Assembly: GCA_965248355.1 (NCBI GenBank)
Contig: OZ252098.1
Coordinates: 3,936,001-4,000,000 of the forward strand
Source of the DNA: Candidatus Latescibacterota bacterium
GTDB lineage: Bacteria > Latescibacterota > UBA2968 > UBA8231
DNA: 64,000 nt
Direction of reading: 5' to 3'
In this document: positions 1 to 8,728 of the stretch, one piece after another
How the letters are laid out: each line of letters starts with the position of its first letter
Numbering within the stretch: the stretch's first letter is position 1
The notes under the pieces: generated by a model
Database searches by the model: none
What the model was told of the DNA's origin: nothing
Seen by the model: only the letters and a program-made list of their open reading frames with translations
Program-made: the position numbers and the translations under genes

Positions 1-88
1 GCCGAGCGGAGCCAGGAATCCGCACTCCTCCACCGAGGGAGCGGCCCCTTCCTGGTCATGGAATCGGCCTTGGAAGGGCAGTGACCTC

Positions 89-574
89 ATGACCGCGGAT
101 CTCCACCACTCACAGGAGAAGGGATTGCGCCGACCGGCCGAAGAGAGCGCAGAAGCCGTAGAGCACTACGGACGCCTGGTACTCAAGGTGGCTTACAGAA
201 TCGTCGCCAATGCCGATGAAGCGCAGGAGGTCTTCCAGGAAACCTTCCTGCGCTTCCACGCCGCCTGTCTGCGTGGAGAGAGCATCGCTCATCCCAAGGC
301 CTGGCTCTGCCGGGTGGCGACCAACGCGGCCTTCGAGATCCGGCGGTATCAGCAACGGGTTCCGCTGCTCGGCGAAGACCAGGCCCCCCCGCTGCAGGGC
401 GATGCCGACAAAGACGCCGAGCGGCGCCTGCTCATGGACCGGGTGCGTGACCTGGCCGCCGGGTTGCCCGAGCGCCAGCGCATGGTCTTCGCCCTGCGCA
501 ACTTCGAGGGCTGGCCCTTTGCCGAGATCGCGGCGCGGCTGGGATGCAGCGAGGCGTCGGCCAGAGCGGACTGA
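89..574 (+). CDS. ECF (sigma-70 family) RNA polymerase sigma factor, C-terminus apparently clipped
   Basis: Region 2 (AQEVFQETFLR, KAWLCRVATN) and region 4 (LPERQRMVFALRNFEG..FAEIAARLG); stops right after SEASARAD, inside the expected recognition helix. Confidence 0.85.
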   Translation: MTADLHHSQEKGLRRPAEESAEAVEHYGRLVLKVAYRIVANADEAQEVFQETFLRFHAACLRGESIAHPKAWLCRVATNAAFEIRRYQQRVPLLGEDQAPPLQGDADKDAERRLLMDRVRDLAAGLPERQRMVFALRNFEGWPFAEIAARLGCSEASARAD

Positions 575-579
575 ACGCC

Positions 580-2259
580 ATGGACAGGGCCGAATTCGAA
601 GGCAGACTGAGCGACTACGTGCGAGGCGAGCTGCCGGCCGCGGAAGCGCGACGGATCGAAACCTACCTGACCGGGCACCCGGAGAGGGCCGACGACCTGG
701 AGGCGGTGCGTACCGTGCTGGAACTGAGTGCCGATATCGGCGCCGCCGACCCACCGGACATGGTTCTCGCGGCGGCCCAAGCCAAGGCGTTGGAGGCAAT
801 CCATGTGGAGGATGAGCGTCAGGCGCCGGGGTCGGGATTCCGGGGACGGTTGCCGCACCTGGCCTACCTGTCGGGGTTGGCCGCCGTGCTGGCCGGGGTG
901 GTGGTGAGTGTGCTCTGGCGAGACGCGTCGGCCCCGGTGTGGGCGGAGGTAGTCGCCGAGGTACGCAAGCTTCACTCTGTGCACATAGCAGGCTGGTTCC
1001 GCGGGGAAAAGGGACAGCGAGTGCCGGTGAAGCAGTGGCTCAAGGCTCCGTACTCGTTCCGCGCCGAGGTGGATACCAGTGCGGCGCGGCGTGTTCTCGT
1101 GGTGAGTGACGAGGAGACACGGGTTTACGTTAACGGAGTCTGGCATGAGATAGGAATCCCAGGAAAGGAGTGGTGGTCCATGGATGAGGCCGCCGACCAA
1201 CTGGCCCTGCCCGACCACGACGAACTCGAGCCTTCGAGCTATCGGATTGAGCGAGAGGATCGGGGGCAGATGGTGCTGTTCTCGATGTGGCGACGTTCCG
1301 GACTGGGCATCAGGACCCCCTCGGACATCCGCTTTGAAATCGAAGTAGATGCCGAGACGCGGCTGCCGAACCGCGCCCGCGTCTTTCTCGATGTGGGAAA
1401 GGGGGAATGGGAGCTGGTGAGCGAACTGAACTACCTGGACTACAATGGCCCGGTGCCTGACGAACTCTTCACTGTCGCCGCTGATTCGCTTGAGCCCTTT
1501 CCCCTATCGACGTACGAACCACATCCGTTCGACGATGTACCGCTCGCGCCGTTTGTGCCCTGGAACAGGATGTTCTACATGCCGCTGGACGGAATGGACA
1601 TCGCCGTCTATTCCCCTTCGACTGACGGGAGCATGCCTGACGAGAGCATGTCCCATGAGAACCTGGGGTGGCTCATTCGCTACGAATTCGTCCGCCAGCC
1701 GCTGACCGAGATCGTCCGGAGAATCGGGAACAGGCCAGCGGAAACCCCGGATTCGGCGCTGGCTGAACGGCGTTACTCGGTGCGGATTGCCCACAACCAG
1801 GACATTGGGCCCACCGAGCGCGTGAGGCGCCTGGGCCGCCGCTTCGGCTTTATCGCCTCCATGGAAGAGCGGCAGAGTACCAGGACGCGCTGGGTCTTCA
1901 CTCAAGACGGATCCGAGTTTCCGATCAGCCGGAAGACGGCAGGATATGGGAGTGATGGTTACCGCGTATACGGCATGGGTCCGCTGAGGGACGTGGTTCG
2001 GAGCATTCTGGTCAACGCCGCCCTCAACGACCTGGTGGAGGGTTACAACCAGGCCCTTGACGAAATCGAGATGAGGTGGGACGGCGGCACAGCAGACAAT
2101 CCATTTGACCGCAAGGTGGATGTCGACGTGGACTTCTCCGATGGGTGGGACGTAGCTCTCGACTATCTGCGCGAGCAGTTCGGGGTCGCGATGGAGCGGG
2201 TGTCCGAGCCGATCACCCACGAGGTGCTGGTGCTGCTCCCCCATGGCGGACAGAACTAA
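580..2259 (+). CDS. Putative membrane anti-sigma factor (zf-HC2-like N-terminus, one TM helix, large extracytoplasmic domain)
   Basis: LSDYVRGEL..E...IE.YL pattern, hydrophobic segment LAYLSGLAAVLAGVVVSVLW, directly downstream of the ECF; ATG at 580. Confidence 0.7.
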   Translation: MDRAEFEGRLSDYVRGELPAAEARRIETYLTGHPERADDLEAVRTVLELSADIGAADPPDMVLAAAQAKALEAIHVEDERQAPGSGFRGRLPHLAYLSGLAAVLAGVVVSVLWRDASAPVWAEVVAEVRKLHSVHIAGWFRGEKGQRVPVKQWLKAPYSFRAEVDTSAARRVLVVSDEETRVYVNGVWHEIGIPGKEWWSMDEAADQLALPDHDELEPSSYRIEREDRGQMVLFSMWRRSGLGIRTPSDIRFEIEVDAETRLPNRARVFLDVGKGEWELVSELNYLDYNGPVPDELFTVAADSLEPFPLSTYEPHPFDDVPLAPFVPWNRMFYMPLDGMDIAVYSPSTDGSMPDESMSHENLGWLIRYEFVRQPLTEIVRRIGNRPAETPDSALAERRYSVRIAHNQDIGPTERVRRLGRRFGFIASMEERQSTRTRWVFTQDGSEFPISRKTAGYGSDGYRVYGMGPLRDVVRSILVNAALNDLVEGYNQALDEIEMRWDGGTADNPFDRKVDVDVDFSDGWDVALDYLREQFGVAMERVSEPITHEVLVLLPHGGQN

Positions 2260-2270
2260 GGCACAGGGAG

Positions 2271-2319
2271 GCGCCCGGGTACGTGCCACCGAGGCGCGGC
2301 CGGAGCCGCCGCGCGCCCC
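2271..2319 (+). repeat. Dispersed repeat, copy A (right-arm fragment only)
   Basis: gcccgggtacgtgccaccgaggcgcggccggagccgcc matches the right arm at 3930-3980, 11870-11920 and 20857-20908. Confidence 0.7.
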
Positions 2320-2326
2320 AATGCGG

Positions 2327-3694
2327 CTACTTCGAGACGAAGGCCGCGTCCGCCAGGTTGTCGTAATGGTGTACGTAGGTCACACCGCCGATGACCATGA
2401 GGTGGTTGTGGGGCAGGTCCTCTTCCCAGGTCATCTCCTCGCCCCACCCGTGCGGCGGGGCCTCTCTCTTGTTCCAGCGGTTGCCGCTATAGCGTCGGAA
2501 CAGCACCGTGCGGCCGGTGCGGGTGACATAAGCCTCGACCAGGACATCGCGGTCGCTGGCCTCTTTCTCCAGGTCGAAGACGCGCAGGCAGGTAAAGCAC
2601 CGCTCGCCGATGTGGACGTCGAACACCCCGGCCCCGAAAGAGCCGTCGGCCTGGGGGCGCAGGCAGCCGCGATCCTCGATCAGGCGCGGCGAAGGGCCCC
2701 AATCGTCGTGGAACCCTTCGTCGAGAAAGGTCATCAGTTCCCGCGTGCCATCCGCGCGCAGCGATTCCACCGCCATCCACTCCACCGCATCCTCGGTCAG
2801 GCGGCCCCAGACCTTGACGATTCGGCTCTTCTGTTCGGTGGGCTTGGGGTCCCCCCCCATCGCCGCCAGGTGGTGCTCCTCCACCTCGATCTCCACGCAG
2901 GCACGGCCGTGGATGATTGCGGGCCGGCAGGCCTCCAGCGACACCGTCTCGGTCAGCTTCCAAGGCGCTTCGCCGTCGCCGGAAGGGTCGTACGAGCCAT
3001 AGGCCACGCGGTCACCTACCTCAGGCACGATGAACCACCAGGCCAGCTCCCTGAGATCGATGCGGAAAGGGGCCTCCGGGCTCGCCTCGATGCGTATCTC
3101 GGGCCGGCTCCGGGGGAAGAGTCCCTGGGCAGCACTCATGGTCTTTCTCCTCGTTCCGGGGGTGACCCCGAGGACCCGGCGGACCTGGTCGCGCCCGTGG
3201 GACAGGCGGCGCTTGACCGTGCCGTCGGGACAGCGGTGACGGGCGGCGATCTCGGCGATGCTCAGACCGTCCAGATAGAAGGCCCGCAGGGTGGCGCGCT
3301 CGCGGTCGGGGACCTCCTCCATGGCCTCGACGATGGCCGCGGCGGCCTCCCGCTGCCGTGCCTGGGCCACGCCCAGGCGGTTGACCATGGGCGCCAGGGC
3401 CTCCGTCTCGACGAACAGCTCGCGGCGCTGGGTGGAGCGGAAGTAATCGCGGCAGCGGTTGCGGGCCACCTGCAGCATCCAGGCCCGCACATCGCGCGGG
3501 GTGTCCCGGCGCAGGCCGCTCCAGATGTGAACCAGGGTTTCCTGCAGGACATCCTGTACCTGGTCGCCGCAACCGATCCGAGAGCGGATCAGCCCCGCCA
3601 GGGTGCGTTCGTAACGCCGGATCAGCCGTACGAAGGCGTCCTCGCTGCCCCGCCGGATACGCTCTGCCAACAGGTGGTCGCCTGGATCGGTCAT
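2327..3694 (-). CDS. ECF sigma factor with ~270-aa C-terminal extension
   Basis: Region 2 (DVLQETLVHIW, RAWMLQVARN), region 4 (YLDGLSIAEIA..GTVKRRLSHGR), then an unrecognised C-terminal domain. Confidence 0.85.
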   Translation of the reverse strand: MTDPGDHLLAERIRRGSEDAFVRLIRRYERTLAGLIRSRIGCGDQVQDVLQETLVHIWSGLRRDTPRDVRAWMLQVARNRCRDYFRSTQRRELFVETEALAPMVNRLGVAQARQREAAAAIVEAMEEVPDRERATLRAFYLDGLSIAEIAARHRCPDGTVKRRLSHGRDQVRRVLGVTPGTRRKTMSAAQGLFPRSRPEIRIEASPEAPFRIDLRELAWWFIVPEVGDRVAYGSYDPSGDGEAPWKLTETVSLEACRPAIIHGRACVEIEVEEHHLAAMGGDPKPTEQKSRIVKVWGRLTEDAVEWMAVESLRADGTRELMTFLDEGFHDDWGPSPRLIEDRGCLRPQADGSFGAGVFDVHIGERCFTCLRVFDLEKEASDRDVLVEAYVTRTGRTVLFRRYSGNRWNKREAPPHGWGEEMTWEEDLPHNHLMVIGGVTYVHHYDNLADAAFVSK

Positions 3695-3760
3695 AGTCCT
3701 CTACCCTTCTTCCAACTACAAGGCGGACGTCAGCGGGCAAAGGTTCACCCGGTACCGAGA

Positions 3761-3982
3761 GGTCCCACCCCGGGGCGGTGACGGCGGCGCAGGCCGCGCC
3801 GAGCGGCGCCCTTGCGCCGGGCCGGGGTCAACAACCAACACGCATCCAGGAGGCCCAGAGACCCGAGCCCCCGGCGAGGGGTCCGCCAGCCCCACGGATC
3901 ACTCTCAAGCGATAGATCCATCAGCCAGGCCCGGTGTATGCGCCGCCGAGGCGCGGCCGGAGCCGCCGGCGCCGCCCCTTGC
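3761..3982 (+). repeat. Dispersed repeat, copy B (hairpin core with both arms)
   Basis: Colinear with 11703-11922 and 20694-20910. Confidence 0.9.
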
Positions 3983-4021
3983 TGCGGCGGCCGCGCTATC
4001 TTCCACCAGTGGAGAACAGCC

Positions 4022-4900
4022 ATGAACGATACCGACAACCTGTCTGCCCTGACCCCGGAGCAGAAGTACGAGTTCGACCTCAGGGGATACATCGTTCTGA
4101 AGGGCCACTACGACGAGGAGTCGGTGGCCGAGTTCCACGCTGGCATCGACGAGCTGCAGGCGATCCCCGTCGACTACGAGACCTACACTCGCCTCGGGGT
4201 CGCCAGCTATTTCCTGGCCGCGGCGATGTCCGATCCGGAGCACCCGTTCTGGAAGGGGGAGCACCGCCGCGACCGGCGCCCCAACCCCGAGACAGGCGGC
4301 ATCGGGCGAGTCGACCACGCCCTGTGCGGCACGGCGAGGTTCGACCGCATCGTGCGCGATCCGGTCATGAAGTTCATCCACCGGGAGCTCGCCGGCGGTC
4401 CGGTCTACATCTCGGCGACCTACTACATCGAGAAGCTGGGACCTGTCGCCGGGGGCGGGCTCCACAACGGCGGCTTTCCGCTGGACCGCGACATCTACTA
4501 CGCCTACGACCACACGGGGGAGCGGTTCGCCTGCAAGAGCACCAAGAGCGTGGTGATCCTGTCCGACATGACCCGCGTGGAGAACGGCCCCTTCGCCGCG
4601 ATTCCGGGGAGCCACAAGGCGAACTTCGCCTGCCCCTTCGACATGACGGACGCGGGCAGGAACCCGATGGCGGTGCCGGTGCTGGCCGCGCCCGGCGACG
4701 TCGTCATCTTCTCGGAGGGGATGACCCACAACGCCTATCCCGTCACCAACGATTCGATCCGGCGCTCCGTGTTCTTCAACTACATGCCGGCCATCGGCCG
4801 CGACAACCTGCCCTTCCAGCGCATGTCCATCTACCCCGGTCACGTGCTCGAACGGCTGAGCGACGAGATCGATCTTCTCACCTCGGCGGGATACATCTGA
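4022..4900 (+). CDS. Phytanoyl-CoA dioxygenase (PhyH) family Fe(II)/2OG oxygenase
   Basis: KYEFDLRGYIVL, NGPFAAIPGSHKAN, GDVVIFSEGMTH, RRSV; GGAG RBS before ATG 4022. Confidence 0.85.
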   Translation: MNDTDNLSALTPEQKYEFDLRGYIVLKGHYDEESVAEFHAGIDELQAIPVDYETYTRLGVASYFLAAAMSDPEHPFWKGEHRRDRRPNPETGGIGRVDHALCGTARFDRIVRDPVMKFIHRELAGGPVYISATYYIEKLGPVAGGGLHNGGFPLDRDIYYAYDHTGERFACKSTKSVVILSDMTRVENGPFAAIPGSHKANFACPFDMTDAGRNPMAVPVLAAPGDVVIFSEGMTHNAYPVTNDSIRRSVFFNYMPAIGRDNLPFQRMSIYPGHVLERLSDEIDLLTSAGYI

Positions 4901-4912
4901 CAGGAGTGTGTC

Positions 4913-5251
4913 GTGATCTCAAGAGTCCGGAAGGATCAGAGGAATCTGGCCGCCTATGACGTGCCCGGCGCCACAGTGCAGGTTTCCGATCCCATCAGGG
5001 GAGCCGGCGACAAGCTGTCGGCCGGCTTTACCGAGTATATGGAGGCCAGCCGGTTGACCTGGACCTTTGACTACGACGAGGTCTTCTTCATGCTGGAGGG
5101 GCACCTGGAGATCCAGGTCGCGGGTCGGGATCCGGTGCAATACGAGGCGGGGGACCTGGGCTATATCGAGAAGGGTGCGCAGACGACCATCACCGTGCCG
5201 GAACGGGCCTATCTGCTGCATGTCACCCACCCGGCGTGGCGTCCCGAGTAA
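4913..5251 (+). CDS. Cupin-domain protein (EutQ-like)
   Basis: LSAGF...WTFDYDEVFFMLEGHL...AGDLGYIEKG. Confidence 0.8.
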   Translation: MISRVRKDQRNLAAYDVPGATVQVSDPIRGAGDKLSAGFTEYMEASRLTWTFDYDEVFFMLEGHLEIQVAGRDPVQYEAGDLGYIEKGAQTTITVPERAYLLHVTHPAWRPE

Positions 5252-5269
5252 GCGTACGACGAGGGCGAG

Positions 5270-5356
5270 GCCCGCCGGAACGGGGTCAACCGAGCATAGC
5301 GAGGGGCTCGCCAAGTCCCCTGGACAACCCTTCAAGCGATAGCTCTACCGATGGCC
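5270..5356 (+). repeat. Dispersed repeat, copy C (degenerate internal fragment)
   Basis: ggggtcaac..cgagc..agcgaggggctcgcca..cccc..tcaagcgatag matches the internal part of copies B, F and G. Confidence 0.65.
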
Positions 5357-6730
5357 TTACGCGTGCCTCTTCAGCTTCGGGCCGTCCGGCAGGTCCTCGA
5401 CAGCGAACCCAACTTCGAGAATCCGGGCCCTGAGGGCGTCGGCCGTCCCGTAATCCCGCTGCCGGCGGGCCTCGGTCCGACGCCGAACCATCTCCAGGAC
5501 CTCGGCCGGTGCTTCTTCCTGCTGCGGATTCCAGTTCGCCAGACCGAGGCCGAGCACGCCGTCAAATGCCAGCAACGTTCCCTTTTTCACTTCGTCGGGA
5601 AGCTCCGACCGCACCAGGCTCCAAACCACGGCCAGAGCCTGCGGCATGTTGAGGTCGCTGTTCAGGCAGCGCGTGAATGCCTCCATGGAAGCTGGGTCTG
5701 GATCGCCGGCTGGACCCCAGGCGTGGGCGGCGCGGCGCAGCCGTTCCAGGGCCGCCGCCGCCGCGTCAAGGGCTTCCCAATTGAAGCTGAGAGGCCGGCG
5801 GTAGTGCGCCCCGAGCAGGAACATCCGGTAGGCCAGTGGGTCGTATCCCGCCTCGACCAGGCTGTCGAGAGTCATGAAGGACCCGCTCGACTTGGACATG
5901 CGCTCGTCATCGAGCACCAGGAACCGGCCATGCATCCAGAACCGGGCGAGCGGGGTCCCGTAGCATGCCTCGGCCTGGGCGATCTCGTTTACATGGTGAA
6001 TGGCGAGATGGTCTTCGCCGCCGCAGTGGATGTCGAAGTACGGTCCCAGATGGGATTCCGCCATGGCCACGCACTCCGTGTGCCACCCCGGGAATCCCCG
6101 CCCCCAGGGGCTGTCCCACTCCATCTGCCGCCTGCTGCCGGACGGGCTTAGCTTCCACAGGGCGAAGTCCGTCGCCCGGCGTTTCTCACCCAGTTCGACG
6201 CGGGCACCGGCCAGCAGCCCCTGCATGTCCAACCGTGCCAGCCCGCCGTAGTCCCGCTGCCGGGAGGTGTCGAAGTAGATCCCGTCGGACGTAACGTAGA
6301 TGAAGCCGCGCTCCTCCAGGGTGTGGATAACGCCGATCTGCTGATCGATATAGTCCGTGGCTCTGCACCATACCGTTGGCTCGAGGACGTTGAGTCGGCG
6401 CAGGTCTTCCTTGAAGGCGCGCGTGTAGAAGTCCGCCACCCACCAGGCGCTCTTGCCGGTACGTTGCGCCCCTCGCTCCATCTTGTCCTCGCCGGTGTCG
6501 GCATCCGAGGTCAAGTGGCCCACGTCGGTAATGTTCACGACGTGATGAACGTCGTAGCCGCTGTATGCCAGCACTCGCCGCAGCACGTCCTCGAAGACGT
6601 AGGTCCGCAGGTTGCCGATGTGGGCGTAGTCGTATACGGTCGGGCCGCAGGCGTAGAGTCCGACAGGCGACCCGAGGGGCTCGAAGACGCGTTCGCTTCG
6701 GGAGTAGGAGTCGTAGAGCCTCAGTTCCAC
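5357..6730 (-). CDS. cysS: Cysteine--tRNA ligase
   Basis: CGPTVY, HIGN, DFALWK, GFPGWHTEC, DIHCGGEDH, RMSKS (KMSKS-like). Confidence 0.95.
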   Translation of the reverse strand: MELRLYDSYSRSERVFEPLGSPVGLYACGPTVYDYAHIGNLRTYVFEDVLRRVLAYSGYDVHHVVNITDVGHLTSDADTGEDKMERGAQRTGKSAWWVADFYTRAFKEDLRRLNVLEPTVWCRATDYIDQQIGVIHTLEERGFIYVTSDGIYFDTSRQRDYGGLARLDMQGLLAGARVELGEKRRATDFALWKLSPSGSRRQMEWDSPWGRGFPGWHTECVAMAESHLGPYFDIHCGGEDHLAIHHVNEIAQAEACYGTPLARFWMHGRFLVLDDERMSKSSGSFMTLDSLVEAGYDPLAYRMFLLGAHYRRPLSFNWEALDAAAAALERLRRAAHAWGPAGDPDPASMEAFTRCLNSDLNMPQALAVVWSLVRSELPDEVKKGTLLAFDGVLGLGLANWNPQQEEAPAEVLEMVRRRTEARRQRDYGTADALRARILEVGFAVEDLPDGPKLKRHA

Positions 6731-6782
6731 AGGGAATCGGCGCCTTCACGCAAACGGGACGTCTCCGTGGGGGTGAACGGCC

Positions 6783-7190
6783 CTACGAGCCCGTCGATCG
6801 TCGCTGCACGTAGCTGAGGGCAGCGCGCGCGAGCAGGCCGGACCGCGTCTCCCCTTCCCGGGCCGCCGCCTCGTCTACGATCGCCAGGACCCGGGCCGGC
6901 ACGGTGATGTTGATCCGCTTTGCCTTGCTCGACAGCTTGGAGATGTCGACCGCAACCAGCGCCCAGATCCCATCCCTGTCCTCGTTGGCCTGGTGTACCT
7001 CGAGCGGCGCTTGCTCGGGGACCGGCTCGCCGTCCATGAGCAATCCCTCGATGTGGCAGGCGACAGCCTCGTGAGCGGATTCGATCGCTTCTTCGAACGT
7101 ATCTCCGGCCGAGAAGCAACCGGGCAGATCCGGCACGGTGACTCCATGACCGCTCTCTTTGTCTTTGTGAATCACGGCTGGAAAGCGCAT
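6783..7190 (-). CDS. hicB: HicB-family antitoxin with C-terminal RHH domain; no cognate hicA adjacent
   Basis: GVTVPDLPGCFSAGDTFEEA, KRINITVP...RSGLL. Confidence 0.85.
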   Translation of the reverse strand: MRFPAVIHKDKESGHGVTVPDLPGCFSAGDTFEEAIESAHEAVACHIEGLLMDGEPVPEQAPLEVHQANEDRDGIWALVAVDISKLSSKAKRINITVPARVLAIVDEAAAREGETRSGLLARAALSYVQRRSTGS

Positions 7191-7276
7191 TGTGTCTGTG
7201 ATCTTCATGAGTGTGTAATGTACGCACCGCTCCCCGATACTGCGGTCGCAACGCGGGTCGCTTCGGAACGGCGGCC

Positions 7277-7365
7277 CACCAGGCCAGCGCACCACCGGAT
7301 CGAGTGGCGCCCTTACGCCGGGCCGGGGTCAAACAAAACCCATCCAGAAGGCCCAGAGACCCGAA
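7277..7365 (+). repeat. Dispersed repeat, copy D (internal-deletion derivative)
   Basis: accggatcgagtggcgcc joined directly to cttacgccgggccggggtcaa...catccagaaggcccagagacccga. Confidence 0.85.
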
Positions 7366-8107
7366 CTTCAAGACCCTGCGCACCGTATTCGAGGCCGGCG
7401 TCCGCGATGCCTCCGTCATCAGCACTTCGCACGTGGGATGGCCGGCGGACACCTCGCTGCTGTTCTGGGCGGTGGGCCGGCCGGTCGAGTTCACGGAGTT
7501 CGCCCTCGCGTACGGGGCCGACCCGGAAGCGCCGTTCTCGGGCAACGGGGAGCGCGGCAACACCCCCTTGCAGGAGGCCGCGGCGCGTTTCGGCACCGGG
7601 CGGTGGAACTCCGACGTCGCCGATACGGTCCGCGCTCTCCTCGGGCACGGGGCGCACTACGACATCTTCTCGGCGTGCGGCATGAACGACCTTGACCGGG
7701 TGCGCGAGCTGGCCCGGGAGGAGACCGAGGCCGTTGCGCAGCAGGGAGAGGCGGACATGACGCCCCTGCACTGGGCGGCGCGTTCCGGCTCGGACCGTTG
7801 TCTGAAATGGCTGCTGCGGCATGGCGCCGAGGTCGATGCCGGGACCAGTACCGATCGAACCCCCCTGCACCTGGCGTCCGAGAGCGGAAACGTCGAGGCG
7901 ATCTGGCTGCTGGCGGAGCACGGCGCCGATCTCGACACGCAGGACAGGAAGGGGCGCACGCCCCTCCACAGGGCCGCGTACGAGGGCGGGCTGGATGCGG
8001 CCGAGGTGCTCATCGTCCTGGGGGCGGACAGGAGCCTGAGGGCGAAGTCCGGCAAGAGGCCGCTGCAGGTGGCGCGGCTGGATTGCAGGCACCTGAAAGA
8101 GCAGTGA
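7361..8107 (+). CDS. Ankyrin-repeat protein, native N-terminus apparently replaced by repeat copy D (possible pseudogene)
   Basis: TPLQEAA, TPLHWAA, TPLHLAS, TPLHRAA with GAD/GAEVD turns; upstream in-frame sequence is repeat-derived. Confidence 0.8.
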   Translation, partial: PNFKTLRTVFEAGVRDASVISTSHVGWPADTSLLFWAVGRPVEFTEFALAYGADPEAPFSGNGERGNTPLQEAAARFGTGRWNSDVADTVRALLGHGAHYDIFSACGMNDLDRVRELAREETEAVAQQGEADMTPLHWAARSGSDRCLKWLLRHGAEVDAGTSTDRTPLHLASESGNVEAIWLLAEHGADLDTQDRKGRTPLHRAAYEGGLDAAEVLIVLGADRSLRAKSGKRPLQVARLDCRHLKEQ

Positions 8108-8169
8108 AGAGCGGCCGATACCTCAGGTCATGTGTCCCCGACGGAGGAGGTTGCGCAAGGTCCCCGGTC

Positions 8170-8321
8170 GCTTTACTCTGGAAATCGGGGGTGGGGAGGC
8201 AGACAATCTGTTCCGGAAGCCGCACGAGGAAGCCATCACATATTTCGGAAGGAAGGAACCCTATCAGGTGCGACAGGTCCGTCGCGTGATTTTGAAATAC
8301 AGACTGGAGGAGCCAGACTGA
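8170..8321 (+). pseudogene. hicA: HicA toxin remnant
   Basis: GSHHIFRKEG (8228-8257) in one frame abuts PYQVRQVRRVILKYRL in another; intervening residues and N-terminus missing; directly upstream of hicB. Confidence 0.75.
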
Positions 8322-8534
8322 ATGTACAAATACGAGATCATTCTCTATTGGAGCGACGCCGACAGCGCTTTCGTGGCGGAGGTGCCGGAGCTATCTGGAT
8401 GCATGGCTCATGGCGACACGCAGGAAGCCGCTCTGAGACACGTCAATGAAGCCACAGGTCTTTGGATCGATACCGCAACAGAGTACGGCGACCCAATTCC
8501 GGAACCCAAGGGCGAACGTCTGATGCTGGCATAG
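8322..8534 (+). CDS. hicB: HicB-family antitoxin (short form)
   Basis: YEIILYWS..D.AFVAEVPEL.GCMAHGDT.E.AL, PIPEPKG; GGAGG RBS. Confidence 0.9.
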   Translation: MYKYEIILYWSDADSAFVAEVPELSGCMAHGDTQEAALRHVNEATGLWIDTATEYGDPIPEPKGERLMLA

Positions 8535-8559
8535 CCCCGCGCCGCCAAGCCACCAAGCC

Positions 8560-8712
8560 GTCGCCCCACCCGATCAAGTGGCGCCGCCGAGGCGCGGCTG
8601 GAGCCGCCGGCATCGCCCCCTGCCGGACCCCCTTCCCACCCCTATCTTCAACTCCATTCGATCCATCCATCCGATCCGCACCCGGACACCCAAATGCCCA
8701 CCTTCGACTACC
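8560..8712 (+). repeat. Dispersed repeat, copy E (deletion derivative) plus copy of the ilvD leader and first codons
   Basis: cccacccgatcaagtggcgcc joined to the right arm; 8611-8712 aligns with 20898-21002. Confidence 0.85.
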
Positions 8713-8728
8713 ACGGGAGAAAACAGCC

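Noticed and set aside
3812..4021. Long Arg/Gly/Pro-rich N-terminal extensions on the PhyH ORFs (also 8462-8728) and ORFs within 11528-11994 and 20440-20982
   Set aside because: They are translations of the GC-rich repeat; better starts with an RBS lie downstream
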